Positions 9,061 to 19,701 are shown, counted from the stretch's first letter. The stretch is 64,000 bases of DNA from a virus (IMGVR_UViG_3300037010_001386:2860-66859); one strand, 5' to 3'. A program made the numbers and translations. The notes: generated by a model not told the origin, from the letters alone.

Positions 9061-9510
9061 TTATTCTGCATTATCCCATTCTGCTTTGAGTTGTGAACGA
9101 ATATCTAATTCTTTACTTTTAAAAAATGTTTTTCCTCCATCTTCTGTGATAAATACATTATCTCTTGATAATTCATATTTTGCTTTCTTTCCAAGTTTGT
9201 CAAAGTTTATTTTCAAGTAAGCAAAAGTATTTCCATTGTCATCTGTAATTATTTTTGGTCTATTGGCAAATCCCTCTCTTGCAATAAAATCTTTCATTTT
9301 AAAGACATCTAAGTCGTGAATATCAGCTAAAACTCCTTCTCCTTTAGGTTTTATATTCTGTTTAGTTTTAATATAAGTATCTGGATATTTTTCAAAAAAA
9401 GTATATCCGCCAGCTACTTGTGTGTAATCTTGTTCTTTCAATATTTCCATATTCGCCCATTCATCAAAACTCATCCCAGATGCTTTTGCTTTTAAGATTG
9501 ATTCATTCAT
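9061..9510 (-). CDS. Hypothetical protein
   Basis: 149-aa ORF downstream of a promoter and AAAGGTCG motif. Confidence 0.7.
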   Translation of the reverse strand: MNESILKAKASGMSFDEWANMEILKEQDYTQVAGGYTFFEKYPDTYIKTKQNIKPKGEGVLADIHDLDVFKMKDFIAREGFANRPKIITDDNGNTFAYLKINFDKLGKKAKYELSRDNVFITEDGGKTFFKSKELDIRSQLKAEWDNAE

Positions 9511-9568
9511 TTTTTTATTTTCTTTATATTAATTATTTTCTTGTGCCGACCTTTTAATTTATACTTTA

Positions 9569-9614
9569 ATTATAGCATACTATTTTTAGATTGCAAGTGA
9601 TAGTTATGCACAGG
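9569..9614 (-). promoter_or_regulatory. Sigma70-like promoter (TTGCAA-N16-TATAAT) with DnaA-type box
   Basis: CCTGTGCATAACTATCACTTGCAAT identical to the element at 19831-19855. Confidence 0.65.
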
Positions 9615-9706
9615 CTGTTTTTTGCATAATAGTTAATGAATGTTAGGTTAAATATTACTTCCAGTAACAATATGCGTTAAATGTTACTTGTTATGTTACT
9701 TTTAAC

Positions 9707-10843
9707 TTATACAATGATTGGTGTTACCATTGTTTTTGAAGCATACTTTCTATTTACCAAGAAGAATGCTTGTTGCGGTCTTTCATATGGAGCTTTTATA
9801 CTTATTGCATAAGAATTATATCCTATCAGAGAACCATTTGAAACGAAGTTTCCAGCGTCAATATATTGATGGAAGTGTCCGAATACATCTAAATCTACTC
9901 TTTCGTGTAGCGGAGATTTTTCTTTATTCCACTGGTCTATTGCTTTATTTACTGGAATATATATTCCTCCTATTCCACCACCATATTTTATAAAATGTCC
10001 GTGATGCAATCTAACTGTATATTTATCCCATAAATTAATATATGAATGATATGCTTCTGATACTATAAAACTTATTCTTTTTTCATCTTTGAAAATTGAA
10101 GCTATATTGTGATACATATAATTTTCAATAGAGTTTTCTGCTTCAGTTGCTATTCTTTGTTTATCTGTCATTCTGCCGTGATTACCCGAAGCACATACTA
10201 CTTTTAATTCTGCGTCTGTGTGTTCTAATAAAAAGTTTATACCCGAAACTATTAAATCTTGTGCTTGTCTTATCGCCGAGACATTTCCTATCAAGTTTGA
10301 TTCTTTTGCGTCATCGTGTATTGTATTATTGATAAAATCTCCTAACAGAGCAAGAACTATCACCTTGATTTGAGTGTCTCTTCTTAAAATATCCCATAAT
10401 CTTTGTCCGCCCGAAAAGAAATTGATTGCTCTTGTTTTTGCTATTTCTGGTGTGAATTTATTTAATCCATTTACCTGTTCCTCATCTACTCTTTCCCCAA
10501 TATGCCAATCTGACGCCACCATAAAAGCGACTGATTCTGAATTACCCGAAGGTATTTTAGGTTCAATCTTAAATATCTGCGGAGTTTTTGCTAAATTGAT
10601 TGCCAGTTCTTTCATATCTTCCGCCGTTTTAACCCTTTCTTCAAGTTCTTTTATTATATCAGCATATTCTGCGTTTTCTTTTTGTAATAGATTTTTATTG
10701 TTTTTGATGCTCTGTTTTACCATTTCCATTTTATAGAGACTTCTTAATTCATCTCTTGTCATTCCATAAATTTCAAATGGGAATCTTTTATTTAAAGCAT
10801 CATATGGAGTTTCTAACAACTCTTTGATTGAAATCTTTTTCAT
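9707..10843 (-). CDS. Calcineurin-like metallophosphoesterase
   Basis: DWHIGE, LLGDFI, GNHGR, HHGH, GHFH motifs. Confidence 0.85.
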   Translation of the reverse strand: MKKISIKELLETPYDALNKRFPFEIYGMTRDELRSLYKMEMVKQSIKNNKNLLQKENAEYADIIKELEERVKTAEDMKELAINLAKTPQIFKIEPKIPSGNSESVAFMVASDWHIGERVDEEQVNGLNKFTPEIAKTRAINFFSGGQRLWDILRRDTQIKVIVLALLGDFINNTIHDDAKESNLIGNVSAIRQAQDLIVSGINFLLEHTDAELKVVCASGNHGRMTDKQRIATEAENSIENYMYHNIASIFKDEKRISFIVSEAYHSYINLWDKYTVRLHHGHFIKYGGGIGGIYIPVNKAIDQWNKEKSPLHERVDLDVFGHFHQYIDAGNFVSNGSLIGYNSYAISIKAPYERPQQAFFLVNRKYASKTMVTPIIV

Positions 10844-10897
10844 CTTGTTAATTTATAACGACCTTTCTATACATCTTTTTTAATTTAATAATATGAT

Positions 10898-11200
10898 TTA
10901 AATTTCTTCTGGCCTTAATGCTTTATCATCTATATAATAATCAGCAACCATTTTTTCCATTGATATTGCGTGATATTTTACATTATTTTTCTTAAGCCAT
11001 TTTCTTGTCGCATCATATAAATCATCAGTTCTTGAAGTATGAATTATAATTAAATTATGTTTATAAAGTTCGTTTATCTTTTTAATTATATCTTTTCTGG
11101 GTTTTGCTGTTAATGCTTGTTTTATATTCCAAGATGTTTTTTGCGTTAATGTTTTATCTAAATCAACCGCTATTATTTTTAAATGTAAATTATTTTTCAT
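10898..11200 (-). CDS. HAD-superfamily phosphatase (capless)
   Basis: IAVDLDKTL, HTSR, K..ADYYIDDK; start moved to MKNNL at 11200. Confidence 0.8.
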   Translation of the reverse strand: MKNNLHLKIIAVDLDKTLTQKTSWNIKQALTAKPRKDIIKKINELYKHNLIIIHTSRTDDLYDATRKWLKKNNVKYHAISMEKMVADYYIDDKALRPEEI

Positions 11201-12251
11201 CTTTAAATCCATTAATCCATTGTTTAAGAGGCAAACACCCGAAGAATACTTTTTTATCTGTTTCATAATCAGTAGGAACATAAAGCACTTCTAAGTTATT
11301 AGGAACTTTGCGAAATTCGTGTGTTGTTTTATCGTATATTTCTCTTTCTGTTGTTTTAGGAAGTCTAACTAAAATCCTTTCGTCAAAGTTAATTCCATAA
11401 TTTTCAAATGCCGCCTGATACCCTGCTGTTTGCAAATAATAATCTTCTGAAAAATGTGTTGCAAATTTAAAATCAATTAATGCAAGTTTTCTATCTTTCA
11501 TAACAGCAACGGCATCAAGTGTTCCTGCATAACCATATTCAAGATTACAAACTCTCGCCTCGGATAAAATTGGATATTCAACATTATCATAATACCAATC
11601 AAGATATTGAGAGATTGGTCTTTCTAATAAATCAGTTGGAGGTTCTGGATAATTATATTTTATCCTTTCTTCTTTTGTTAATTCATTATATCTTTTATGT
11701 TCAACTCCAATCTTATTTTTTCTTATTTCTGCAAGTGTAAATTCAGATAACCATAAATGTCCTTTTGTTCCATCTGCTAATGCTTCTTTACTTTTTCTTG
11801 AAGGAGCACCCTTTGCCTCTTTTAAGAATTCTATCCATTGTGCTTCTATCGTTTTCTTTACATTGCCATCTTTATCTAAAACAGGACTAAATGATTTTAT
11901 TTTTTCAAGAATTTCTTTTGCTCGTTCTTTTTCTTGTTCTTCATTTTCATAATCTGTATATCCGAGAAATTTTACAGCCTCTTTTGCACCCCAAGCAGAC
12001 AACCAATCTTTTGGAACAATAGAAGACACAGTAGAAACACCCTGAAGCCATTTTCCATCAACTGTTGTATATATATGATTTTCTTCATCAAAACGACACA
12101 ACTTCATCATATCTAATACAGCATTCTGTATTTTATCTTTTAATTTCCATTTAGCAAGAACTTCTTCTGCGTGTTGTGGACAAACATTTTGAAATGGTCC
12201 GCCAATGAATTCTTCTCCTCCTACTTCACAAATTTTCTTTTTTTGTTCCAT
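11190..12251 (-). CDS. PD-(D/E)XK exonuclease (Cas4/RecE-like)
   Basis: GVSTV, GTKGH, SEARV, YAGTLDAV, LIDFK, LQTAGY. Confidence 0.8.
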   Translation of the reverse strand: MEQKKKICEVGGEEFIGGPFQNVCPQHAEEVLAKWKLKDKIQNAVLDMMKLCRFDEENHIYTTVDGKWLQGVSTVSSIVPKDWLSAWGAKEAVKFLGYTDYENEEQEKERAKEILEKIKSFSPVLDKDGNVKKTIEAQWIEFLKEAKGAPSRKSKEALADGTKGHLWLSEFTLAEIRKNKIGVEHKRYNELTKEERIKYNYPEPPTDLLERPISQYLDWYYDNVEYPILSEARVCNLEYGYAGTLDAVAVMKDRKLALIDFKFATHFSEDYYLQTAGYQAAFENYGINFDERILVRLPKTTEREIYDKTTHEFRKVPNNLEVLYVPTDYETDKKVFFGCLPLKQWINGFKDEK

Positions 12252-12252
12252 A

Positions 12253-13347
12253 TTATTTTATTATTGGTTTAATAATATATATATATTTATCATCTGTGTT
12301 TTGTTTCATTATTACAGGCGAGTTTTCATCATTGAATCCCATAATTACATTTTCAGATGTTGTAACATCTAAAAAGTTCATTATAAATTTACTATTAAAT
12401 GCAACTTCAAATGGATCTGATTCTATTACTGCATCTATTGTATATTTATTATGACCTAATCCCTTATCGCTTGAACTATCTAATTCAACATTTCTTTCTT
12501 TTATATTAAAAGTAATTTCATTATTTACTTGTTCAAACACACTGACAAGTTTAATCGCTTTTTGTAAATTTTCTCTATTAAATGTTATTGTTTTACTTGA
12601 TTTTTCTGGTATTAATGCATCATATTCTGGAAAGTTGCCTTCTGCCAATCTAGAAATAATCTTTGTATTTTTAATAACAAACATTATCTGTTTATCGTTA
12701 AAAATAATTTTTACATTATCACCACCTTGATATCCTATAATACGAACAACCTCTTTAATTGTCGCAGATGGAACTAATATAATTTCTTTTATATCTACAT
12801 CTTTTAATTCTATCGTTTTTTCTGAAAGTCTATAACCATCAGTAGATGCTAATTTAAGTTTGTTTAATTCAAATTTAAATAAAACACTTTCAAATTCTAC
12901 TCTATTATAATTTGTCGTGCTTATTGATTGTAATACCTGATTAAACGATTGTTTCAATAAAGAACTATCTATATCTAATACATTTTTACTTTTTATTAAT
13001 TCAAATTCTGGAAATTCTTCAACTGGATTATTGCTTATTTTTGCATTATAATTATCAGCAGATAATGATATTGAATTTTCATCTGTTTCTATTGAAATAT
13101 TATCGCTTTGTAAGTTTGATAAAATACCAGATAGTAAATTAAATGGTATTAATACTTTACCAGATTCATCAACCTTTCCTTGCGTCAAATGAATTGTATT
13201 AATTTCCATATCTGTTGTTTTAAAAAAAATACCAACATCATTTGCTTCTATTAAAACATTTTGCAAAATAGGCAAATTTGTTTTTATTGATTTTTTTACT
13301 ATTTCTACCGCATCTTTTATGTTACTTTTTAATATTTTTATTTTCAT
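12253..13347 (-). CDS. dnaN: DNA polymerase III beta sliding clamp
   Basis: LPILQNVLI, TDMEI, STDGYRL, SRLAEGNFPEY, AFNSKF, YIIKPI; 364 aa. Confidence 0.92.
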   Translation of the reverse strand: MKIKILKSNIKDAVEIVKKSIKTNLPILQNVLIEANDVGIFFKTTDMEINTIHLTQGKVDESGKVLIPFNLLSGILSNLQSDNISIETDENSISLSADNYNAKISNNPVEEFPEFELIKSKNVLDIDSSLLKQSFNQVLQSISTTNYNRVEFESVLFKFELNKLKLASTDGYRLSEKTIELKDVDIKEIILVPSATIKEVVRIIGYQGGDNVKIIFNDKQIMFVIKNTKIISRLAEGNFPEYDALIPEKSSKTITFNRENLQKAIKLVSVFEQVNNEITFNIKERNVELDSSSDKGLGHNKYTIDAVIESDPFEVAFNSKFIMNFLDVTTSENVIMGFNDENSPVIMKQNTDDKYIYIIKPIIK

Positions 13348-13353
13348 ATTTTT

Positions 13354-13382
13354 ATTATATACCCTATTAAATTAAATTGCAA
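13354..13382 (-). promoter_or_regulatory. Sigma70-like promoter (TTGCAA-N17-TATAAT); near-leaderless dnaN mRNA
   Basis: -10 box ends 6 nt before the ATG. Confidence 0.55.
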
Positions 13383-13552
13383 GTCTATTTCGTGATTTCT
13401 GTAGAATCTTTTTTATACTCTTATTTATATAAACTATCGTTGATTTTTCTTTTCCTATAACATTACCATGCATATCTCTAATAAGTCTTGGTCTTAATAA
13501 AGATTCTTTTAAATAATTCTTATAAGTTTTAATTTTAACTTTTTTCATATTT

Positions 13553-13897
13553 TTAAAATGATATTTTTGAATATTCTTCTAAAAATTCATCTAAACTATG
13601 TGCTAATATATAAATACCACCAGCTTCTTCTAATCTATTTTGAAATTCTATTTGTTTATCTGATTGCTTACCTTTTGTTGCTTTTACCTCTATTCCAATA
13701 TATTTTCCACTACCTTGCTGAATTAAAATTACATCAGGACTGCCAACATATCCAAATCTTGTAAATCTTTTTTTGCCATTATATTCAGATACAACAGCTC
13801 CAACATTATTGCGATAAAAAAATTCGTGATTTTTTGCAAGCCAGTCCATTATTTCTTTCTGAACATCTTTTTCACTTTGTATTATTTTTTTACTCAT
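13553..13897 (-). CDS. VRR-NUC domain nuclease
   Basis: EKDVQKEI, GSPDVI, IEVKATKGKQSDKQ. Confidence 0.88.
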   Translation of the reverse strand: MSKKIIQSEKDVQKEIMDWLAKNHEFFYRNNVGAVVSEYNGKKRFTRFGYVGSPDVILIQQGSGKYIGIEVKATKGKQSDKQIEFQNRLEEAGGIYILAHSLDEFLEEYSKISF

Positions 13898-14073
13898 TTA
13901 TTAATAAATCAATTAATTTTTCTAACAAATCAAATTTTGTCAATGTTGGATATTCTATTTCGCTATATATTTCATATCCAAATTGTTTGTCATTTTCTAT
14001 TTTTTGTAATTTGCTTTTTTTCATTATATTATAACTATTTAGAAAATGTAATAAAATAACCTGTGAATAACTA

Positions 14074-14934
14074 TTATTTTTTAAATACTAAAATATATTC
14101 ATGCACTCTAACTGATTTTCTATTTGATTCAAACTGCCCACTTCTGCTTGCCGCTATACCTGCAGCACCCCAAAATATTAATTCATCCCATAAATGAAAA
14201 CCTACTTTTTTTGCAAGACGAACTGTATCTCCGTTAAAGTGAACAAGATTTCCTTGTTTGTCTCTAAAGTTTCCGACAACCCATACTGCAAACGAACCAG
14301 GTTTTAATGCATCATATGTTACTTCCAAAGAACGCTTAATACCATTCAAAAATGCTTCATATGTAGGAAGATTACTTAAATCTCCTTGTAAAAGTGAATA
14401 CTTTTCCAAATCATAATAAGGAGGACAGGTATATGAAAAATCATATGCATTAGATTCTACTCCATATTCTTGACAATCCGCACACACCATTACAAAATTG
14501 CTATTTAACTTTTTCTGTTGTTCTTTTATTCTATCAACTTCTTCCTGTCTAATTTCAACGCCCAAATATTTATGCCCCATCGATGTAGCAATAAACCCTC
14601 TAGTGCCACCACCACCAAATGGATCAAAAATATCTGCATTCTGAGGACAATATGCAGATAAAATCATTTGAGCAAGATGAGGATTAAAAATACTTACATC
14701 GTATTTACTACCCATTAACGACATCTTTTTACCAACAAGTTCTCTCGTTTCTCCATCATCTCCTATAATATCTTTTAATTTTTTAACAATAGTCCAATCA
14801 GGTTTCCAAATACTAATAGGAAGAAATCCAATTCTATCCATCATTGATAATTTTTTAACTTCTTTTCCAAACAAATCATGCTCAATTGCAATATTGTCAA
14901 GATTTTTATTAAACAATTCATCTTTATTTTCCAT
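14074..14934 (-). CDS. Amino (N4-C/N6-A) DNA methyltransferase
   Basis: FDPFGGGGTRG SAM motif followed by TCPPY catalytic motif. Confidence 0.82.
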   Translation of the reverse strand: MENKDELFNKNLDNIAIEHDLFGKEVKKLSMMDRIGFLPISIWKPDWTIVKKLKDIIGDDGETRELVGKKMSLMGSKYDVSIFNPHLAQMILSAYCPQNADIFDPFGGGGTRGFIATSMGHKYLGVEIRQEEVDRIKEQQKKLNSNFVMVCADCQEYGVESNAYDFSYTCPPYYDLEKYSLLQGDLSNLPTYEAFLNGIKRSLEVTYDALKPGSFAVWVVGNFRDKQGNLVHFNGDTVRLAKKVGFHLWDELIFWGAAGIAASRSGQFESNRKSVRVHEYILVFKK

Positions 14935-15007
14935 TTGTTTTTTTAATATAATTTATAATTATGTTTTTATTATTACTTTTTTAATCATTCTATATATTTT
15001 ATTTTCA

Positions 15008-15205
15008 TTATCGTAAAAATCCTCGTGGATCAATTTTTTTTGGTTTAATATTAAATCTTTTTCCAATCTCTATTGCTTTTTTATTTGCATAATCGGTGTA
15101 ACGAGTAACTATTTCAAGTGCTTTACTATATGTTATTTCGTCTCTGAAAAGCAATTCTCTTGCATTTAATGAATCGTTATAAAGTTGTTCCATTTCTTGT
15201 TCCAT
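15008..15205 (-). CDS. Hypothetical protein
   Basis: 65-aa ORF directly behind a promoter at 15212-15240. Confidence 0.65.
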   Translation of the reverse strand: MEQEMEQLYNDSLNARELLFRDEITYSKALEIVTRYTDYANKKAIEIGKRFNIKPKKIDPRGFLR

Positions 15206-15267
15206 GATGATATAATAACATACTTAATTATTAAAAGCAAGTAAGAAAGTGCATAACCTGTGCATAA

Positions 15268-16272
15268 CTATTTTAATTTTGATAATACTTGTTTATATAC
15301 TCTATATGCAACTTGTGCCATCATAATAGGGGGAACACTCATTCCAATAACATATTGAGAATGTTGACCGCAATAATTATAGTCAAGAGGAAAACTTCCT
15401 ATCAATGAAATCGATTCATCATCTACTAATGTTTTTTCGTCAATCCAATAACGATTTATATCAGTTGTTATAGTATTGCTAGGATTATTAAGATTAAGCA
15501 TAACATCTCCGTATCTATTCTTTGAGTAATGCTGTGTTTCTTTTTTATTCTTTCCTTTTACAAAATCTTTTATAGGAATAATATCTTCGTCAAAATACAT
15601 ATCTATATTTGGTGATTTATTAAATAAATCGTCAGTTTCTATCTTTTTAGATAAATCTTTTCTAATTGCTATAAAAAATACTCTTTCTCGTGCTTGTGGA
15701 ACTCCCATTGTTTTTGAATTTAAAAGATAATATTTAACAACATAACCTGCTTCATCGAATTCTTTTAATATCCTCTTTACATATTTTACAGCATTTCCCA
15801 TTAATAAACCCTTAACATTTTCAGCTATAACTACTTTAGGTTGAAGTTTTTTTGCCAAATCTATGAAATCAAAAAATAATGTATCAAGAACCTGATTAGA
15901 CTGTCCTTCTCTAAACTTCTTTTCTTTACCCCAATCTTTTTCTCTATTACCTGCCATAGAAAAATTAGAACACGGAGGGCTACCATCAAGAACATCCAGA
16001 TTATATAATTCTTCAGGTAAATCATCTCTATCTTTCATTGTTTTAATACCATCTAATATATAATATTTAGGATGATGATTTGCTTCATAAATCTCTTGCA
16101 TTCTTGGGTCTATATCTTCTGCACCAATTACATTATAACCCGCCAGTTTATAACCCATACTTGACCCACCACCACATGAAAATGTGGAGAATACAGTACA
16201 TCCATGTTTTTCTATTCCTGGTGCAGGATATCCATCTGATATTTTCCATTTATAATTAAATTTATGCATCAT
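15268..16272 (-). CDS. C5-cytosine DNA methyltransferase
   Basis: FSCGGG, GSPPC, ENVKG, QARERVF, GMSVPP. Confidence 0.92.
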   Translation of the reverse strand: MMHKFNYKWKISDGYPAPGIEKHGCTVFSTFSCGGGSSMGYKLAGYNVIGAEDIDPRMQEIYEANHHPKYYILDGIKTMKDRDDLPEELYNLDVLDGSPPCSNFSMAGNREKDWGKEKKFREGQSNQVLDTLFFDFIDLAKKLQPKVVIAENVKGLLMGNAVKYVKRILKEFDEAGYVVKYYLLNSKTMGVPQARERVFFIAIRKDLSKKIETDDLFNKSPNIDMYFDEDIIPIKDFVKGKNKKETQHYSKNRYGDVMLNLNNPSNTITTDINRYWIDEKTLVDDESISLIGSFPLDYNYCGQHSQYVIGMSVPPIMMAQVAYRVYKQVLSKLK

Positions 16273-16518
16273 ATTTTATATTTACTCACATCTAATTATA
16301 CTATAACTATTTATAAAATGCAATCCATAACCTGTGCATAACTATAATGTGTTATTAATTATGTTTCTGTTTGTATTTACTTTTAAAGGAATGAAATGTT
16401 TTTGCATTTGACCCATTATCAATAACTAAAATATCACTATCACTACTTTGTAATAAAAAATTAATAATTTGAGCTGTTATCTCAAATTGATTCAAGTAAG
16501 ATACTATCGATGTTATCT

Positions 16519-16926
16519 TCATATTTTTTTTAACAAATTTAATTTTTCAATAAAAAATCCAGCTTGATTTTTTTCTCTTGGAACCCATACCATTTTGAAA
16601 TTTACAAATGATTTAATTCTATTGATTTCAGATATTATTGATAAAACTAAATTTTTATCATTTAATTTTTTGCCTACTTTCCCACTCATTACCCAAGCAA
16701 GATTATTTTTACTATCAGTTCTTATTTCAACATTTTTTATATTATTATTTTTACACCATAATAGAGCTTCTTTAACTGCAATAAGTTCTGCTATATTATT
16801 AGAACCACCATCTACTCTTTTATCTATAATAATATTTCCATTTTCATTTGTAACTACAGAGATCATTTTACGAAAAGAAATGTCTTTTTGATTATTACTA
16901 CATCCACCATCTGTGTATAATATCAT
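16519..16926 (-). CDS. rnhA: Ribonuclease HI
   Basis: YTDGG, NNIAELIAV, TDSK, WVPREKNQA. Confidence 0.85.
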   Translation of the reverse strand: MILYTDGGCSNNQKDISFRKMISVVTNENGNIIIDKRVDGGSNNIAELIAVKEALLWCKNNNIKNVEIRTDSKNNLAWVMSGKVGKKLNDKNLVLSIISEINRIKSFVNFKMVWVPREKNQAGFFIEKLNLLKKI

Positions 16927-17229
16927 TTTCTTAATTTTTATTGTTTACTGAATTTACTGTTTTTACTTATATAAAGTTTTTGTTTTAAAAAAATAAAAAA
17001 ATTTTTGAATTTTTTTTAAATTCATTCTTTCATTTTCATAGTTTTCCTAGTTTTCTTGATTTTCATAGTTTTCCTAGTTAAAATATATCTTTTTTATTGA
17101 TTTTAACTATCCTTTGGTATATTATTTGCTTTTTAAGACAACCCCATTCCTTTTTTTGGAAGGAATTTGTTTTAAAAAAATATGAATGGTAATTCAAATG
17201 AATATATTATTGGATTTATTTTAGGATAG

Positions 17230-17670
17230 CATAAAAATCAGTTAACTAATTTAAAAACTAATTAATTGATTTTTATGTTTGTGCTTTAGCAGTTTGAAGA
17301 TGGTTCAAGAGTTCTATCACCGTCTCTATAAAATTACTTATATTCCTGCCGTCCCCATAGTATTTCTACTACTCTGATTTCGCATAAAAGTTGCACATCC
17401 TTTTTATTGCGATTTTGATGTTGCTGGTGTTGTTGCGTCGCAGAGCATCTACCCCTCAGGGTTTTACCAATAATATATAGAATTCTATTATTTTCATTTC
17501 ATCTTAACCCAGACCTTGGGCAATGTATCTTCTCTAACGATTCGCATACTTACAATTCAGATATATCAGATACAACGATTCAGAGGTGAATTCACAATAA
17601 TCCTCATTCTCGATGAAACATAGTGTAGTCGAACACTACACTTTATTTTCTATGTTTTTTTAATTTTCTT
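17230..17670 (-). ncRNA. Candidate structured non-coding RNA
   Basis: ORF-free, GC-enriched, several hairpins, two upstream promoters; family not recognised. Confidence 0.4.
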
Positions 17671-17676
17671 AATTGC

Positions 17677-17757
17677 AGTATAGCACTTCTAAAAAAAATT
17701 GCAAGTTCTATCATTTCTGGTTTTTTTCATATTTACATTATACTATTTTTTTGCATT
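17677..17757 (-). promoter_or_regulatory. Tandem leftward promoters: TTGCAA-N16-TATACT and AATGCA-N9-TATAAT
   Basis: Match the two promoter classes seen elsewhere in the window. Confidence 0.5.
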
Positions 17758-17974
17758 TTTTTTGAATGCTATTATGCTTTAGATGACAGTTCCTGCACAT
17801 TATCATTTAAAAGGATAATTTTAGCAAAAGGTTACACTTTTTATTTCTTTTACTATGTATTTTAAATGATATAGTAAGTGCCTTTACTATATTACTCTAC
17901 TGATATAGTAAGATAAAATGTCTGTTTATCCTATAAAATAAAGGATTTTATGGTTATTTACTAAATGGATTATT

Positions 17975-18001
17975 AAAAAAAGTGCATTTTTTGTGTATAA
18001 T
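17975..18001 (+). promoter_or_regulatory. Late-type promoter A-tract-AGTGCA-N9-TATAAT
   Basis: Core identical to copies at 29404 and 34932. Confidence 0.7.
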
Positions 18002-18007
18002 ATAGAT

Positions 18008-18832
18008 ATGGAAACAAATAATATGATTAACTTAGGAGCAAAAGAAAGACCACGAGACGACAGAGATTATAAACTCGGTCAGATTCAAGCGCCAATTCAA
18101 ATACCCGAAACTTACTTGCCTGATTATTCTTGGATTATTCCTTTGAGAAATTATCAAGGGCATTTACCAACCTGTTCTGCAAACGCAGATACTCATTTAA
18201 GAATGGTTATGGATTATGACCCGCTTCTGCCACCGCCGAAATATAATCCGAGATTTAATTGGATTGAATTCAAGATTTTAGATTCTTATCCTTTGGAAGA
18301 TGGAACAGATATGAGAACGATTTTCAAAGCAAATCAGAATAATGGATTCTGTGATTATAATTTGCTTGATAATGATATTACTTTACCTCTGACTACATAC
18401 TCTGACCCGAGCGTATTAAATCAAACAATAGTTCAAAATGCTTTGCCAAGAAGAATACAATCTTATGCTTTTGGAGAGACGGATTATAATTCTTTGGCTC
18501 AACATATTTATCAAAATAAAGCCGTATTGCTTTTAATTAAATGCGATGATGGATTTTGGGGAACAGAAACTCCTACTTTTACAACAGGTAAATATGGACA
18601 TTTTGTGTGTGCAATAGGATATGACCCAGTAAAAGGTATAATGATAATTGATTCAGCTGACCCGAATTATGCAATCAAGTTTATCGCTCCGCAGTATTTA
18701 TCGTTTGTGATAGAAAGCGGAACAATGGTTGAACTCCCGCCGACGAAAGAAACTCTTATGACAAAATTGATAGCATATTTACAGCTATTGGTAGGTTTGC
18801 TTAAAAAGAAATTAGGTGGTAAAATAAATTAA
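18008..18832 (+). CDS. Papain-fold (C1-like) cysteine peptidase, possible endolysin
   Basis: QGHLPTCSANA, GHFVCAIGYD, IIDS; adjacent to holin-like gene; start at 18008 or 18023. Confidence 0.7.
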   Translation: METNNMINLGAKERPRDDRDYKLGQIQAPIQIPETYLPDYSWIIPLRNYQGHLPTCSANADTHLRMVMDYDPLLPPPKYNPRFNWIEFKILDSYPLEDGTDMRTIFKANQNNGFCDYNLLDNDITLPLTTYSDPSVLNQTIVQNALPRRIQSYAFGETDYNSLAQHIYQNKAVLLLIKCDDGFWGTETPTFTTGKYGHFVCAIGYDPVKGIMIIDSADPNYAIKFIAPQYLSFVIESGTMVELPPTKETLMTKLIAYLQLLVGLLKKKLGGKIN

Positions 18833-18855
18833 AAGGTCGTTTAATAAATAAAACA

Positions 18856-19041
18856 ATGAATTATTCACTTTTAAGAAGTAAAACATTTTGGACAATTGTG
18901 TTTATGTTTGTCTTTAATGGTTTTGTAGCAATCAGTTCTAAAATACCAGCGGATTATGTATTAGCAATAAATGCTATTTTAACAGCAGTTGCAAGTATTT
19001 TCCATTTACAGACTGGACAAAGCACTGATGGTAGTAATTAG
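18856..19041 (+). CDS. Holin-like two-TM protein
   Basis: LLRSKTFWT then two hydrophobic helices, 61 aa. Confidence 0.6.
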   Translation: MNYSLLRSKTFWTIVFMFVFNGFVAISSKIPADYVLAINAILTAVASIFHLQTGQSTDGSN

Positions 19042-19200
19042 TTTTAAAAACAGGAACAACAAAAACAAATCAATCGTATACCAATCGTTTAATAATCGTA
19101 TAATTTAGGAATTATAAAAAGTTGCAAAATATTGGTATAATATAGATGAGGTATGATATTGATGATTTCGCAAGAAATTATTGATATTATCACTCGATAA

Positions 19201-19701
19201 ATGAAAAACAAAATATGGTCGATGGGGTTGAATGTTGTTATTACTGGCTTTTTCATATTAACTATTTCGTGCATTTTAATAAAATTTAAATGTGCGGATG
19301 CAAGTGTTGATACACATGTGCCTACGATAGTAACATTCTCAACCAAAGACTCAATTAGTTCTTCATCAATTAAGGATTATTTGATTGATGAGACAAAATT
19401 GTTTGGATTAGATACAAATGTTGTTATCTGGATTGTATCTAAAGAAAGTCAATTTGATCCAAACAAGCAGGGTGACGATAATATTTGTAATAATATCAAT
19501 AGTATTAATTATAAAAAGAGAACTGTCAGTAGAGGTCTTTTTCAAATTTCGTCTTGCTATCATCCAGAGATTTCTGATGCGTGTGCATATAATATAAAAT
19601 GTGCAACGCAATGGAGTTTGCAACATATGGCTGACGGATATATTAACGAATGGTCTACTTATAGGTTTAGAAATTTGTGGTATAAAGATTTCCCAAATTA
19701 A
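19201..19701 (+). CDS. Lytic transglycosylase (SLT/lysozyme-like) with N-terminal TM
   Basis: KESQF, SRGLFQIS, EWSTY. Confidence 0.75.
   Translation: MKNKIWSMGLNVVITGFFILTISCILIKFKCADASVDTHVPTIVTFSTKDSISSSSIKDYLIDETKLFGLDTNVVIWIVSKESQFDPNKQGDDNICNNINSINYKKRTVSRGLFQISSCYHPEISDACAYNIKCATQWSLQHMADGYINEWSTYRFRNLWYKDFPN

Noticed and set aside
17320-17365. Faint resemblance to TnpB/IS200-605 RNA ends (TACTATGGGGACGGCAGGAAT)
   Set aside because: Similarity too short, and no TnpB/IscB or transposase nearby
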